From Paraspadella gotoi (Eukaryota > Animalia > Chaetognatha): 64,000 bases of DNA. The stretch spans positions 17,106,087 through 17,170,086 of the forward strand of contig CM119266.1 in the NCBI GenBank assembly GCA_051294375.1, given 5' to 3'. The notes under the pieces were generated by a model. That model was not told the DNA's origin, did not search any database, and saw only the letters and a program-made list of their open reading frames with translations. The position numbers and the translations under genes are program-made. This document shows, piece after piece, positions 26,901-40,059 of the stretch (its first letter is position 1; every line of letters begins with the position of its first letter).

Positions 26901-27842
26901 ACCGATTCAAAGCGACAGGAAGCGATCACTGATGGTTCGCAATCCCTCCGGCAGTTGGTGAGACACACCGCGTCCCGGGTATCACTGGCGATCCCACCTT
27001 TGCCATAAATAATATTTAGTTTTTCCTAAATTTGCAAAATTACTTGTTTCACTATTTTTATATTTTATGAAGGTTTTACTATTTAATTATATATGTAGAT
27101 GGCGAATACCTTGGCACCATCTATTCATCTATTCACCATCTACATATATATATATATATTGCTTTTTTAATATTTTGTACCTATCATTATATCTAATAAC
27201 TCATTTTGGGAGAGGGAGGTCAGTGTTGTCTTCTGGAAATAGCGGGAGCATCTATACAACACAAGGATAAACTTCAATCTGTCCTAGTTTTCTAATAGAT
27301 ATTTTACATTATTCCTGTTAGAAAGTCATTAATGAAAAATTATAATATATAAGAGGCTGAACAGAAAGGGGTGGGAATGGATAATATTTTTAGGGGGGAT
27401 CAAAGTTATATATGATTTTTTTTACATGTAGAGATAAGACTAACATGTTGAATCGTATATTCTGATAGGGATAAATACTGGGGAAAGGTCTATAGGGGCA
27501 ACTTTATATCATGAAAATAATTTTAAACTACTTGAATGAAAATTATAAAGATGTAAGGAAATATGTAAAGAGAGAGAGCTTAGCAGTTAAAACGTTTCTA
27601 CGTTTCAACGTTACCATTCCCCGAAAACCCGGTGCAGGTTTGCCGATTTCTAGTTTCGCCCATTTGAATTGCATCAGATCCGGGTTCTTTTTAATCGATA
27701 CTCCAGCCTCAGAAACAGCATTGGTGGCGCAGCCGCCTCCATCATTGCAGTGTTGTTTTTTTGATTCCTCTTGCGCCATCTTGAGAGCGGAAGAGGCAGT
27801 CATCGCCGAGTTTCCTCTGTCTATTGTTTTAACCGACAACAT
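23915..27842 (-). CDS. Typical 2-Cys peroxiredoxin (Prx1 subfamily, Prx4-like N-terminal extension), 4 exons
   Basis: Exons 27615-27842, 26570-26798 ([13 protein letters not shown]), 24364-24536 (GG|LG junction, [14 protein letters not shown]) and 23915-24076 (GEVCPMNW...LYF). Peroxidatic and resolving Cys and the GGLG and YF motifs are present. Start codon choice is uncertain. Confidence 0.93.
24889..25230 (-). mobile_element. HINE family A 3' fragment with 18-bp minisatellite
   Basis: aaacaagtttgagcaaacaatgtcggatctgcc followed by the reverse complement of the gttgaccaaattatg array. Confidence 0.7.
25733..25872 (+). mobile_element. Penelope-type pLTR remnant with hammerhead-like motif
   Basis: ctgatga(tatga)aggctc...gagcc gaaa cgtg tc, then aataaa and the tail caacgaaaagagag. 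Confidence 0.55.
26866..27007 (+). mobile_element. Partial copy of the tRNA-containing solo-LTR family
   Basis: Reverse-complement similarity to 14988-15140; ends ttgccata. Confidence 0.55.
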
Positions 27843-28907
27843 TTTGAAATAAAAAAAACTTCGGTAATCAGTTTCTAACTGCGTAATGAATTTTAAAATA
27901 AACACGTTTTAATCTAATGTTTGAAAGATTTGTCCTTCGGTCCATTTCAGTAAGCTGAAGCGAAAGTTTTAAATAATAATTTATCAATTATATCTGGAAA
28001 CGTATTTAATTATTCAATACTATCAATATGGAAGCCGGTAATTGTCGGAGTCCCTTCCGAGACATCTCATCAGTCGTAATCAAATCGCTTACTGGAGACC
28101 CAAGCACGCGTTGAACCGCTAGTATTGGAGAAGCAACTCTCTAGATCACATTTAGGTCAATCGATCTGTCAGTCTATCGCTCTGTTCAACATAGATTCCA
28201 ATTGTTCATAACTCCGGTATTTATAATACTTCATTTTGGTAGATGCTTATTAAAAAGGTTATATTGTGTCGGTATATTAACAGGGCCTCACCTTCAACTT
28301 CACCTTGAACCATCTGACATTGCCTCGAGCGGCGTAGATTTTTTCATACCTATTGGCTTAAAGTTGGAACGTACCCTCCCAAGCGTTACGTTCCATCGGC
28401 AGTCCAAACGACTTTCTGCAGTGTTGACAAAGCGAGATGTTCTGAGGGAACCGCGCCGGTGAAAAACCATCCAATTTTTAGCCGGATCTGCATTTATAGA
28501 AGATTCCGACTCTACGACTCACTTCACGGTAAGCTACTTAGATCATGTCGGAACATCAAATTATGATAAATTAAGCCTTGTGTTTTTTTTTTTCCTTTCT
28601 GTTTCGTTGTGATTTGATTTAGAACAAAGTTTGAAGAGAGATTTAACTACTATGAAATAAAAATCGTTGTTAAATCTCTCTTCAAACTTTGTTCTAGATA
28701 AATTAAGCAAAACCTATGTCTGTACGTCTGTCTGTCCGTCCCAAGTGCTCTCTTCTCCCTCGTCAAGATTTTTCGACTCTTGCTCTTGGTTTTGGGAATC
28801 GAAGTTCAATATTATAATTTGCGGGTAAATAATTTCCGATTTACGAATTATAAAGTGAGATGGATTTAGTGATTTTAGGACATTTTAATGACGTTAAGTG
28901 ATTAACT

Positions 28908-29495
28908 TTTTTAGCCGGATATATATCTGCTAATAGCAGATTTCGGCTTTATATTTAAAATCCACTTTTTCGGTCTATCGGTCCCATCCCAAAATCTTGT
29001 CGGTGAGAAACTTAGATCATCTGTCTTTTCGTTTCCCCCTTAGCTTTAAACGCCAATTACTCATGAGTGGATAGGGCGATTGACTTTAAATTATGTGCGT
29101 GATTGTGGATAAAGAATTGGGTGAAGCAGCTGGGAATCTAGATTTGGTGGAATCGTCGGAATGAAAATGAGTTTAAATGAAATGTTTCTTTGCTTGTTTT
29201 GTTTATTTTTGAAAAGGAGGCAATTAAGTTTGGAAAAATGTTTTTATTATAAATAAAATTGTAGTAAATAAGAAAAAAGTTGGTAATATTATCCGTTTTT
29301 TACAACATAAGAATTAATTAATTAATTTTATTTAATTAACTGTTTTTATTTCTCTCTATTTTATTATTTTTTTCGTTTGCAAAGACTTAGTCTATATTTA
29401 TTTGTTGATGATGATTGTACTGAATCTACCTTGCATTCGATGCTTACCGCTTACTGATCGTTGGGAGATCCAGCATTATTTTCTCAAACTTGTTT
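28908..29495 (+). mobile_element. HINE family A, degenerate complete copy
   Basis: ttagccggat...gcagatttcggc head and agatccagcattattttctcaaacttgtttt end. Confidence 0.6.
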
Positions 29496-29739
29496 TCTCT
29501 ATACTACTTTTCCAAAATTAAAAAACCCACGCCTAACAACTTTTACCCCTTACAACATGACTCCTGAACTTAAATATAAAACAGCGAAAATAAATACAAA
29601 AAATCCTAAAAAGAAATCAGAGACTTATGCTTTGAAAAAGGAAATTGCAATTAAACCCCTTGACCTACGCGCCCCCCCATCAGCCTGTCCAAGATTGGGA
29701 AGAGTCCCCATTGTAGTCAATAATCCGTCCATTCCATGT

Positions 29740-29830
<91 letters not shown>

Positions 29831-30367
29831 GAGTTCAGTTTTATGGATTCCGCCCGCTTGGACGATTTTCCTAAGGCTTGTACAACGTTCATTGATTGAT
29901 TTATGACGGATTTCTTTGTAGTTCAGTTGTGATTAAACTTCGTTTTCTCTTAGTCTTAGATTTCCTTCTAGATTGTAGTCAGTGGATATGTTGTTGGTTG
30001 CGTTATTTCGCAACAACTTTCCTGAACAATCTGACATTGGTGCCGGAGGCAAGTCATTCGCCTCCCATCCCAAAGGTCCAGGGTTCTAGCCCGGTGGTCG
30101 CCTGGCAGTTAAGAGAGACGGGGCGCTTAACCCGCCTGTAACACGGTGTTACAGTCTGATCCGAAGCTCAGGGACTGCTTATATTGAACGGTTCCGTCCC
30201 TCACACATAACAGTAATTACTGTCTCTTCTCCTTCAAGAAGTTTATGACATCTGACCTGACTGATGTTTTGTCTAAAAAAATAACTGCTAAATTTACGTG
30301 TGGACAAAAATATGTCATTACTGATAAACAGAAAATAAGCAGTTCTAAAATACGGTTAGGTTATTTA

Positions 30368-30902
30368 CACTAATGTGCAAAAAAATCGCGCCACTTAATA
30401 TCAGACTTTGAAAATCATCCTTTATATTTATATTTTTTTAAAAAATTTGAAAATAAATTAAACTTTATTGTTATTAAACTATATTTAACTTTGGTATAAA
30501 GCAAAGCTGAACTTGATGAAATCTGATTATTTTGAGACTAATTTTCTTTCTTCTGATTTTATATATTTTTATAGTAGATTAAAAATGAAAAATAAATTAC
30601 AATGGCAATCCGGAGGGACAACTGGACAACTGGATTGACCCAGATCCCTAAATAATAATTTTAGGGTTATTGAAAAATACGAAGTTTCTAAATAAAATTC
30701 AATTTTCCCTTCTGGTTTTGGAATAAAAATAATTGATTTGGTATAAAAATAATATCTTTTAAACCACTTGACTAATAAGATTTATATACATTAATTCTTT
30801 TTTAAAAAATTTTATTTTTCTTATATGATTTTTTAAAAAATATTATAATAGAGTGTGAGGAATTTTAAGTTATGAAGTGGCGCGTTTTTTTTCACATGAG
30901 TA
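30368..30902. mobile_element. Tc1/mariner-type MITE
   Basis: TA-flanked TIRs cactaatgtgcaaaaaaatcgcgccactt / aagtggcgcgtttttttttcacatgagta. Confidence 0.6.
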
Positions 30903-31412
30903 TAGTACACGAAATTTAAGCCAAGATTTTCACACAAAAATATGATAAAGACTCGCAAAAACAAGAGTCGAAACATGTACTTTTTAAAAAAAAATTAAAA
31001 ATTGTTGTTTAAGAGGAAGAGTCATTCACCCTATCAATGCGTAAATTTTAGTGTATTACAGATATTACATCAAGAAATACATCGTAGTCATCAGTTATCA
31101 CAAAAATATTAATTCATATTTATGTGTGAACCTTTTGTTTTAAATAATTGTTTTCAAACGGTAAAAACATAAGTTTGAATCGAATCGAAAAGCTAATTTA
31201 TTAAAAATTTTATATTCGATTTGATTGTTAAAAATTTTACATGTTAAAAATTTTACATGTCGAACTACAATAAAGAGAGTTGTCGCCGACACGACTGCAA
31301 TTATATTGATTTAAAAGGCATTTTGATAATGGAAGAAGTTATAAAGTTTTGTTTTCAAGGATACAAGTTGAAATCTCAAAATGTCCTTTTAATTTTTTTA
31401 AATTAATTAATA

Positions 31413-31608
31413 GTTAGAGAAAACAAAGTTTGTTTGTTTGATAACAACGATTTTTATTTACATTGGACATGTTTCGGCTCTTGCTTTAAGCCTTCATCAG
31501 CGTTTGTCTCAATAAGAGCCGAAACATATTCAATGTAAATATAAATCGTTGTTATCAAACAAACAAACTTTGTTTTCTCTAACCATTTATACACAACGAA
31601 AAGAAAGG
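31413..31608. mobile_element. Palindromic Penelope-type element with hammerhead core on minus strand
   Basis: About 60-bp inverted arms; the minus strand reads ctgatga aggctt..aagagcc gaaa catg tc; tail caacgaaaagaaag. Confidence 0.65.
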
Positions 31609-31947
31609 AAATAATATAATAAAATTAATTAATAAAAAACTTATAAAAATTATCAGATGAATTGTCTTTTTCTTAGGTTTCTTTTATTTTTTAAAGTGAA
31701 TACATTTTATAAATCGCCAGGAGGTCAGCTTTCTGAATTTTGAATTTTGACCCATTTTAAAGTTGATTTGAATGACCCTTTATCATTCTGTCTAAAAAAA
31801 TTATTTAAAGGTTCTATCATAACTTCATAACTAATGATAACTTCCGCGCGTCAATAAAAATTATTTCATTTTTTAATATTTTTAATTGCCAAATCATTTG
31901 AAAGCATCGCCTGTTGACCTAGAAAATGTTTTTTTATCTTCATCTCA

Positions 31948-32661
31948 CTACTTTGACTTAAAAAATAGAAAAAGTAAACAACTGATCATCAAATAAGAAG
32001 AAGATGGGACCACCAATCCTGAATTGTGATCGTCGTAAGTTTTCTGTCCATCTGAAAAGTTTAAATTAGACATTTATAAAAATGCCGCTTTGAATTCTCA
32101 CTTGTTAGCAATAAATAAACAGTTTAAATATTATTTATTAAAGGATGTTAGATTTTAATATCTACATTAACATAATTTAGTTAATAAACTTAGGGGCATG
32201 CATACAACTTTACGTATTACTGCTATTTTTGTTTACATCTTTGGTGGAATAATATTTAAAAATTTCTACCTCATATTAAAATTGTTCTGCATAAAAATAT
32301 AAAGATTATATTCAATCTTAAGAGTTATAATCGCAATTTTTTCGATATGAGAGAAATTAAGTTAATAAAATGATTTATTATGTTTCATAAATTTCACCTG
32401 GAAATGATATTTCCATGAGTTCCAGTTGGTAAAGAACAGCTCCCACCTGTTATGCAGTGATAAGATTAGTGATTAAGTCTATGTTAAAAGAGATTATCAC
32501 CAATTCCATTTACTCACAGTCCAAGTGTCGAATTCCGCAATATTCACTTTGTGATTTTCACTGAATCTCAAATGTTCAAATTCCTTAGCCACAAAAATCC
32601 CAACAAGCCCTCTTGTCCAAGCGTAGCGGTCGGCCGTTGCTGAAAATAGAGATGGAGTCAA

Positions 32662-32692
<31 letters not shown>

Positions 32693-34390
32693 CTCTATCT
32701 CTCACCTAAAAATGCTTGGTCTCGTTTCAGGTAAGCATCGGCCGCTTGGCGAATTTGAGGGAAGGTATGGTCTCCTAAACTCAAACCCAAATCTTGCACA
32801 GTGTATCGTATAGCCTGAAAATAGGAATTGGTTTCTATGGTGTGATAACTGCGGGCTAATTTATTAACAATCGTATTATGAAGAACACGAAAAATCCAAA
32901 CTGGGGTCCTTGAAAAATTAGCCTTTGATCAGCATTTGAATTGAAACAGTTTAAAATATATATGAAATGAAATACTAAAAAAATTTTAAATCTAAAACTT
33001 CTACAGGAAATATGAAAATAATAATAATAATAATAATATAATAAAAATATTATTTCTCACCGACGTCCCGTAAAAAAGTTTATCCTCTCCAAAGGCTGGT
33101 TGATAAACCCCGGCAAAGGAGCAGGGTTTGGTGAAGCAAAAATAGTCGGCTTTGAAAAGAGAATCGATCACAGAGGCACAGCGAACCGGATCTCCGCTGC
33201 CAACCAGAGTCACTTCAAAATCTGATTCGTCGATTGTGAGGTTAAATCGACGACGATAGTTCTTGAGGAGGCAAGAAGAAAGAACTGTGAGAAGGAAAGA
33301 AGAAGGAAGGAAAGAGAAGAGAAAAAAAGGAAGAGAGGAACAGTATAGACGGAAAGAGGAAAGGGGAAAGCGAAAAGAAAGGGAGTAAATTAAAAAAAAG
33401 AAAAAATAATTGATAAAAAGAAAGATGTAGGAGGGAAAAAGGTAGAGGAAGATTGAGGAAGAAAAAAATTTAGAAGAGATTAAGGAAGAGATAGAGAGAA
33501 TGAGAAATGAATAATTGATAAAATAGACAAAAGAGAGAGAGAGAGAGAGAGAGAAAAAAAGCCAAAAAGAAGGGAAAAGGAAGAAATATTAATAAATTAT
33601 CCCAGCTTCACGAATCTCTCTTTTTTCTTCTCTTTTCTTCACCTTCCCCATTGTCCTGCAACTGCCCGTTTACAACGCATGGTCTGCAGTTGTCCTTCGA
33701 ACGCGCGAGACAAAGACACTCTGTCCTGAAGACGCGCTTGATTATCTGATCTTGTCCAAAGTAGAGGAAGGAATGAGTGTAGAGTGGATAAACAACGCGA
33801 TCGATGATCACGTTGAATTTGTTGCTGAGAATGTCACCATCTGCGCGGAAGGTCATCTGAAGGGGAAAAGCAGATTGGGGAGAAAAGAGAAAAAATGAAG
33901 AGAAAGAGAAAAAAAAAATGTGGAAATAAAGAAGAAAAAAAAAAGATAAAAATTATCGATAAAAACGGTTCACAATGCATTATATTAATAAATTTACATA
34001 TATTCTATAAAATAAAGCATTGTTTAAAGCCCCACGCACGTTTCCACCCCCCCCCCATTTTTTTTTATCTCAACAGCCGCAATCTTATTCACAGGGGAAC
34101 AAACTCCAAACGACGACAACCTGCGATGAAGCGCCTCCCGTTTCGACGACCCCGTAGTCTCCCTCTCCGCTGTTAAAGAATCCATTAATGTAGTTAAGGC
34201 TAATCCAGGCAAAGGCCCCCTCCTCTTCGCCAGAGAGGGTGCGGGCCATGCGGGGCAAAAATTGAAAGGGCACAAGAGCTTTGTCACTGGCAATCTGAAG
34301 GAAAAAAAAGAGAGCAAGAGGGGATAGAAAAACTAAATAGAAAGAGACAGACCCTTTTTTTTATCATAAATACAGACTTATAGTATTCTC

Positions 34391-34427
<37 letters not shown>

Positions 34428-34437
34428 NNNNNNNNNN

Positions 34438-34471
<34 letters not shown>

Positions 34472-37312
34472 CCACCTCCCTGATCTTTTCTGTCAATTCA
34501 TGCGCGGCCTCGTCGTCCAACATCCTCATTCCTGCAGTCGCAAACCACATGAAGGGAGTCGACGCCCAACTCGAACGCGGGAAATCGTCTTCAGTTAATT
34601 CGTCCTTTAAGTGTTGAATCAGGTCACCGACGTAAGGCTGCACTTGATCCAGTTTGCCTTAAGGAAGATGGGGTAATTAGTCGACGACTCATAGTCGTTA
34701 ATGATTAACTTTTTAAACTTTTATCTATGTTAATCCGAATGTTGCGCGGTTACAACCCATTGTGCGCATCAATGACAATGTCATTGCAACTCCAAAAATA
34801 TTGGTGACATATATACATAATTTTATACATATCACTGACGATGTTCGCCCAATTTATGTCCACTAAGGCGTAGTGAAAGTTACATACGAAAATTCTAAAA
34901 GTCAATTATGAACAACATACCATCAGTGAACATTAATTTGTAAAAAAATTTTATTTTATGCTTTTTAATTTTCGCAGTAAGCTATATTTATATATAGTAC
35001 TATCCTTATAAAATCGAAAAATTTCAAAATAGGCTTTTCTTAATTTTGATTGCAGATTTGAATTCCTCGTCAAAAGTTGATAAAAGAAAATATAAATCAT
35101 TTTTAAAAATATATAAAAAGTTAATTTTCAGCTTAAAATATAGCTTTTTCTAATTTTTGACCCACTTAATGAAGGAATTTTTCAAAAAGAGTTATATTTC
35201 TTTTTATCAACTTTTTATGACGAATCCAAATCTGCAAAAAAATCTTAAAAAAAACTGTTTTGAAATTTTAACATTTATTGGTTTAGTACTAGTATAAAAA
35301 TGGCCTACTGCGTAAATTGTAAAATTTATTATGAATTTTTTTATTATATATGCGATTTTATTCGAATACAACGAGGTTGATTCAGTACAATCATCATCAA
35401 CAAACAAACAAACAAAGATAGACTAAGTCTAAGTAAAAAACATAAAATAGAGAGAAAAAAAACAGTTAATTAAATAAAAATAATTAATTAATTAAAATTT
35501 AAACAATTAAAAATTGTTCATTAGTATAATATCGTTCGTTCCTCACTTTTAGAATTTTAATTAAAGTTAAATTTTGAAATTTTACTACGCCTTAATGTCC
35601 ACATTACCTCCTCCAATTTTTGCCATCAATTTCGTGGTCACCTGCCAATGTGCTTATTCCTGGTTCGGTCTTGTAATTCCAGGATTTTCCATTTTTGGAA
35701 ATCGGTTTTAAGTCTGGGATTTCATCTCTTGGGTCATATTGATAAACGTAGATGCGCGATCCTTAAAACAAATTCATTTAATTCGTTTGTTTAACCCAGA
35801 AAAGTTTGCTCTTGAAGCAAGAATCATACCATTAGACCAAAATTTAGCCTTAATTCTTTTTTAGCCGGATCTGCTTCCAGCAGATCTCGGCTCTATAATC
35901 CACTTTGTCGGTCCGTCGGTCCCAACCCAAAATCATCTCAGAATATCGAATTATGATAAATTATGCGAAAAAATTTATGTCCGTCCGTCCATCTGTCTGT
36001 CTGTCCGTCCGTCGGTCCGCCCGTCCATCCCCCGTAAGATTTTAACGCCAATTACTCATGATTGTATGGGGCGATTGACTTGAAATTTTGTATGTGGTAT
36101 ATACAAAATTACCGAAAGTGGTGGGTACGAAAGTGGGTAGGAAAGTGTGTGATTGATCAGGAAATCAAGTTTAATCGTGGTAATGAGTTAAAATGAAAAA
36201 AAAAATATCTATTTCAATATTTGATTATGATTAATTCTTTTTTATTAAATATAAATTCAAGCTGCATTAACTATTAATAAATTAGTAATTAATATATTCT
36301 TAATTATTTTGTAATTAATTCAGTTATTAACTTAGTGATCGAGATTGTTGTTTTGATTGAGGGGCGAGACAAAGGGGAAAACGATTTTGACTCGAATAAA
36401 AAATATTAATATTGATTATTAAATATTTAATTTATTAATTGTCTGATCAGCTGCTTACCACTAATGATCGTGGGTAGATCCGGCAGTTTGCTCAAACTTG
36501 TTTTCATTGTTGACAAGAAATATATTAGGTCTTTATATACTAGTAATAATTGGCATAATTCACGAAATACTGAGTCATTTTAGTTAATACTTGACAGACT
36601 AGTAAATGTCTCTTGTGTATATGTATCATGATAAAAAAGTAAATTCGGCATAATCGTATAATATTTGGTTATTTTAGCTGATAAGAGATCAACCACTGGA
36701 ATTAGGTCACAAATATATTTTTAAGTTATGTCGTCACGAATTCACCAGGAAAAAAACATGATACGGAAGTTGCTGCTGCGAAACACATTGGATTAATTGT
36801 TTGTTAATTTTTTTAAAATTTTTTAAAATTTTTTAATTCTTGTTAATTCAGAGAATTCAGTCTCCTACAAAGCTTCATAGCAAAATGAGATACAAAAGTT
36901 GTTTTTTTTCATCTTTATTATTAAATTAAGAATGACCACTGCCCAGGCTTTTGGGAGATTTTTATCTCTCCAGCCAGGGCATGAGTGAGTTTAAGTGAGT
37001 TTAAGTAAGTTTAAGTGAGTTTAAGTTTTAGGTCGACTTCATAGTGACGTTGTCGCCTAGGACCAGTTCCATCGCTGCCCACTTAGCGCCTTATCCACAC
37101 TGGTAACGCCTTCGGATCACGTCGGGCTCAACGACCAACAATGAGAGGGACTGACAAAAATCATTCCCACCTGAGCTTCCTGCATCCACAATGACGGCGA
37201 ACTTTCTTTTTGGCAACGAAGTCGACGACGTCGTTGACGACGGTGCCGCGTGGACGAGAATGAGCAAAGCCCAAGTGATTGTTGAAGCGAAAATGACACC
37301 GATGAAATTCAT
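31948..37312 (-). CDS. GDA1/CD39-family ectonucleoside triphosphate diphosphohydrolase (apyrase), 10 exons
   Basis: Exons 37171-37312 (signal peptide, ACR1 DAGSS|GSR), 35642-35761, 34476-34657 (ACR2 ATAGMR), 34121-34294 (ACR3 SGEEEGAFAWISLNY, ACR4 ETGGASSQ), 33643-33856 (LYTHSFLYFG), 33061-33284, 32706-32814, 32518-32639, 32398-32446 (ACR5 WT|VGA) and 31948-32051. All phases are consistent. Confidence 0.93.
34428..34437. other. Assembly gap between (TA)n and (GA)n tracts
   Basis: Run of n inside an NTPDase intron. Confidence 0.95.
34864..35595. mobile_element. MITE
   Basis: Inverted termini taaggcgtagt / actacgcctta. Confidence 0.45.
35857..36504 (+). mobile_element. HINE family A, complete copy
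   Basis: ttttagccggatctgc...gcagatctcggc head, GTCY tract, gtagatccggc plus gtttgctcaaac hairpin end. Confidence 0.75.
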
Positions 37313-37909
37313 GACGAACGGACGAACGGATTTTTGAAGTTAAAATGAATTAAGAGTTCATGTTGCAGGTCGAGAATTATACGGTGCTCTACAAAAGATC
37401 TAAGGCGTAGGTCGTTTTATTGTGTAAAACTGCGATGAGTTAAGTTATTTAAAAAAAATTTAAAAAAATCAAAAAAAGTTTTTTTTATGCAAATTTTTAC
37501 GGTTAAGACTTTTCTCTTTTCTTATTTTTTTTCGCGCGTTTTTGAGAAAGAAAAATCAGAAATCAATGATCGATTCCTGACCAAGAAAATATTTTAAGAT
37601 CAAAATTTTTAAATTGTATGAGCAGAAAATTTTTTAAATTGAATGAACAGAAAAATGACTGGGCTGTAATAACAATTAAATAAACGGAATGTGCTTTTTT
37701 GTGAAGGTCATTTTGACATTTTAACAAAATTACATCCAGATGTCATTATCAAACCCCATTCACTTAAAATGTTGTAGTTTTCGTGAGTTTTCACACACTC
37801 TCTCACTATCTTTCTCTTTCTCTCTGATCTTTTCGACTCTGACTTACGCTAATTGATACTATAATACTTTCTCTCTCTCTCTCTCTCTCTCTCTCCTCTC
37901 GTCTCCTCT

Positions 37910-37940
<31 letters not shown>

Positions 37941-38848
37941 TCTTTTGATTATGCCGACAAAATAGGGGCTTTCGATCTTAGCCACAAACTTTTTTCGATC
38001 TGCTTTCAGAAATTCATCAAAAAAAAAAAAAAAAAAAAAATCAAATAAGTTTTGTAAAAAAAATTATTAAGAAGAAATAAATATTATTCCAGAAAATAAT
38101 TTTTATGTGATTATGTCAGAAATCAATTTACTAAGGAAAGACGAAAACAGCTGTGGTTGACTTGATCTGTTTTTTGTCGTTTAAGATACATCGGTTTTTA
38201 CAATTTAGTCTCTTATCATATCTATAAAGTTTTCTTGATTCATTGTAATCGCCAAATTAAATCGATTTAAAATATATTTTATTTTTAACAATTAATCGTG
38301 ATCTTTTTTAATGAATAAATTTAATCTGAATAACATTATTCATTAATAAAAAAATAAATTTATAGAATTTTTTTATTTTAAAGAAGTTCTAAACTTGTGA
38401 GATGTACTACATGTACTACATGTGAGTGTATAAAGATTTCAAAAAGATGTTCGAACTAAAAACGAAAGGAAAAGAAATAAAAAAAAAAGATTGAATCTCG
38501 TTCAGAAAAAAAACAGCCGTGGCTATAAAAAGGATCCATTTGAAATACAAAATATTTAGCTTATGCAAGAATACTAAGTTTTCAACTTGATGCGACTTTA
38601 AAACTTGAGTGGCCACAAAAGGCAAAGTAAGTTGGGGCCAATGTGTTAGATAAGGCCTCAGGCCTTAAAAAAAAAATTAAAATAAAAATAAACTAAAATC
38701 GGAAAAAATTCGAAAATTCGTTTTTTATCTTAATGTTGTTCTCATGCAAGCGATATCCCGGCAGAGCTTGGTTATGATGATATGTTTGGATGTTTGGGGA
38801 AAAACTCTGAAGGTCGACGCTTGTTTAGAGTAAGAGATAGAGAGATAC

Positions 38849-38907
<59 letters not shown>

Positions 38908-39502
38908 CGCTTTGTTTTGATTTTTTTTGTATTATTTTTTTTTAAATTATCTCATAAGCTTCAATCTATCTTCAATCCTTACAATATGCAATTTTCATTT
39001 AATTATTAGCTAATTAAATAATAAACCCATCGTCAAAGACTGAAAGCAGATTAAACAGATTTTATGGGAAAAAAAATTAAAGAAGAATATTGAATTGATA
39101 CGAGATGGTTTTTTAATGGTCCACGATTTATGTACCGACTCTATAGGTCGGTGTTGGTCTTGTTTAGTCTGTGTCAGAATCGCCTCTCAGGCTGACCTGC
39201 ATGCTTTACCGAATTTTTAAATTTTCTTTAAAAAAATCAACTAACTTTTCTATATAAAAAGTTCGGATATTTTACCGAAAAAAGTTGCGAGAAATAAAGC
39301 CTACAGAAAAAAATTTATTCATATACATAATTGTCAATTATGTATATTATTGTCAATTGTTTTGTTTTATCCTTGATACAGATTAATAGAAAGAGTTTGA
39401 AATATTTGTTTTCAATAACGATTGTTTTTTATTTCTTTTAGAAACGTACATGTTTCGGCTCTGAGTTTCGAGCCTTTATCAGCGTTAACAGGTTAACAGG
39501 TT

Positions 39503-39546
39503 AACGCTGATGAAGGCTCGAAACTAAAAGCCGAAACATGTACGTT
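39503..39546 (+). ncRNA. Minimal type I hammerhead ribozyme within a ~150-bp palindrome (39422-39569)
   Basis: aacg-CTGATGA-aggct..agcc-GAAA-catg-TA-cgtt: intact core, stems I and II, palindromic stem III and a GUA cleavage triplet. The opposite arm has core CTGATAA. Confidence 0.7.
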
Positions 39547-40059
39547 TCTAAAAGAAATAAAAAAACAGTGATACATATTAAATAATGGAAGTCTGTTTTT
39601 TTTTTAATCTCTATAATTAAATATGATGAATAAATATATTATAATTTTCGTTAACAATTCTCGTTCTCACATCTCAGGCTAAGCTGTTCGAGACAAACGA
39701 CGTTTTCGTCGTTGTCATCTTCTCCGTCATCTTGGTCCTCGTCGTCGTTGTCATTGTCGTCTTCCTAATCGTTGTCTTTGTCGTAAACTCGCTTTTGTTT
39801 TCGTTGTCCTTGTCCGCTTCAGATTTCGCAAAATCAACGATAACTATTTTTTTTTTAAATTGAATTTAATTGTGTGCTGTAATTGAAAGTTGTTGCGATA
39901 GAAACACAAACTATTTATTTGCTGAAGGAAATTATGATTGAAAAAAAAATGGAGCAACGAGCGTCGGTTTTGCAGAGAGAGAGAGAGAGAAGAAAATAAG
40001 CGAAGTCAACAAATTATGGTCAGTGAAAATGAAAGAGGGAGCATGGTCAGAAAATCGAC

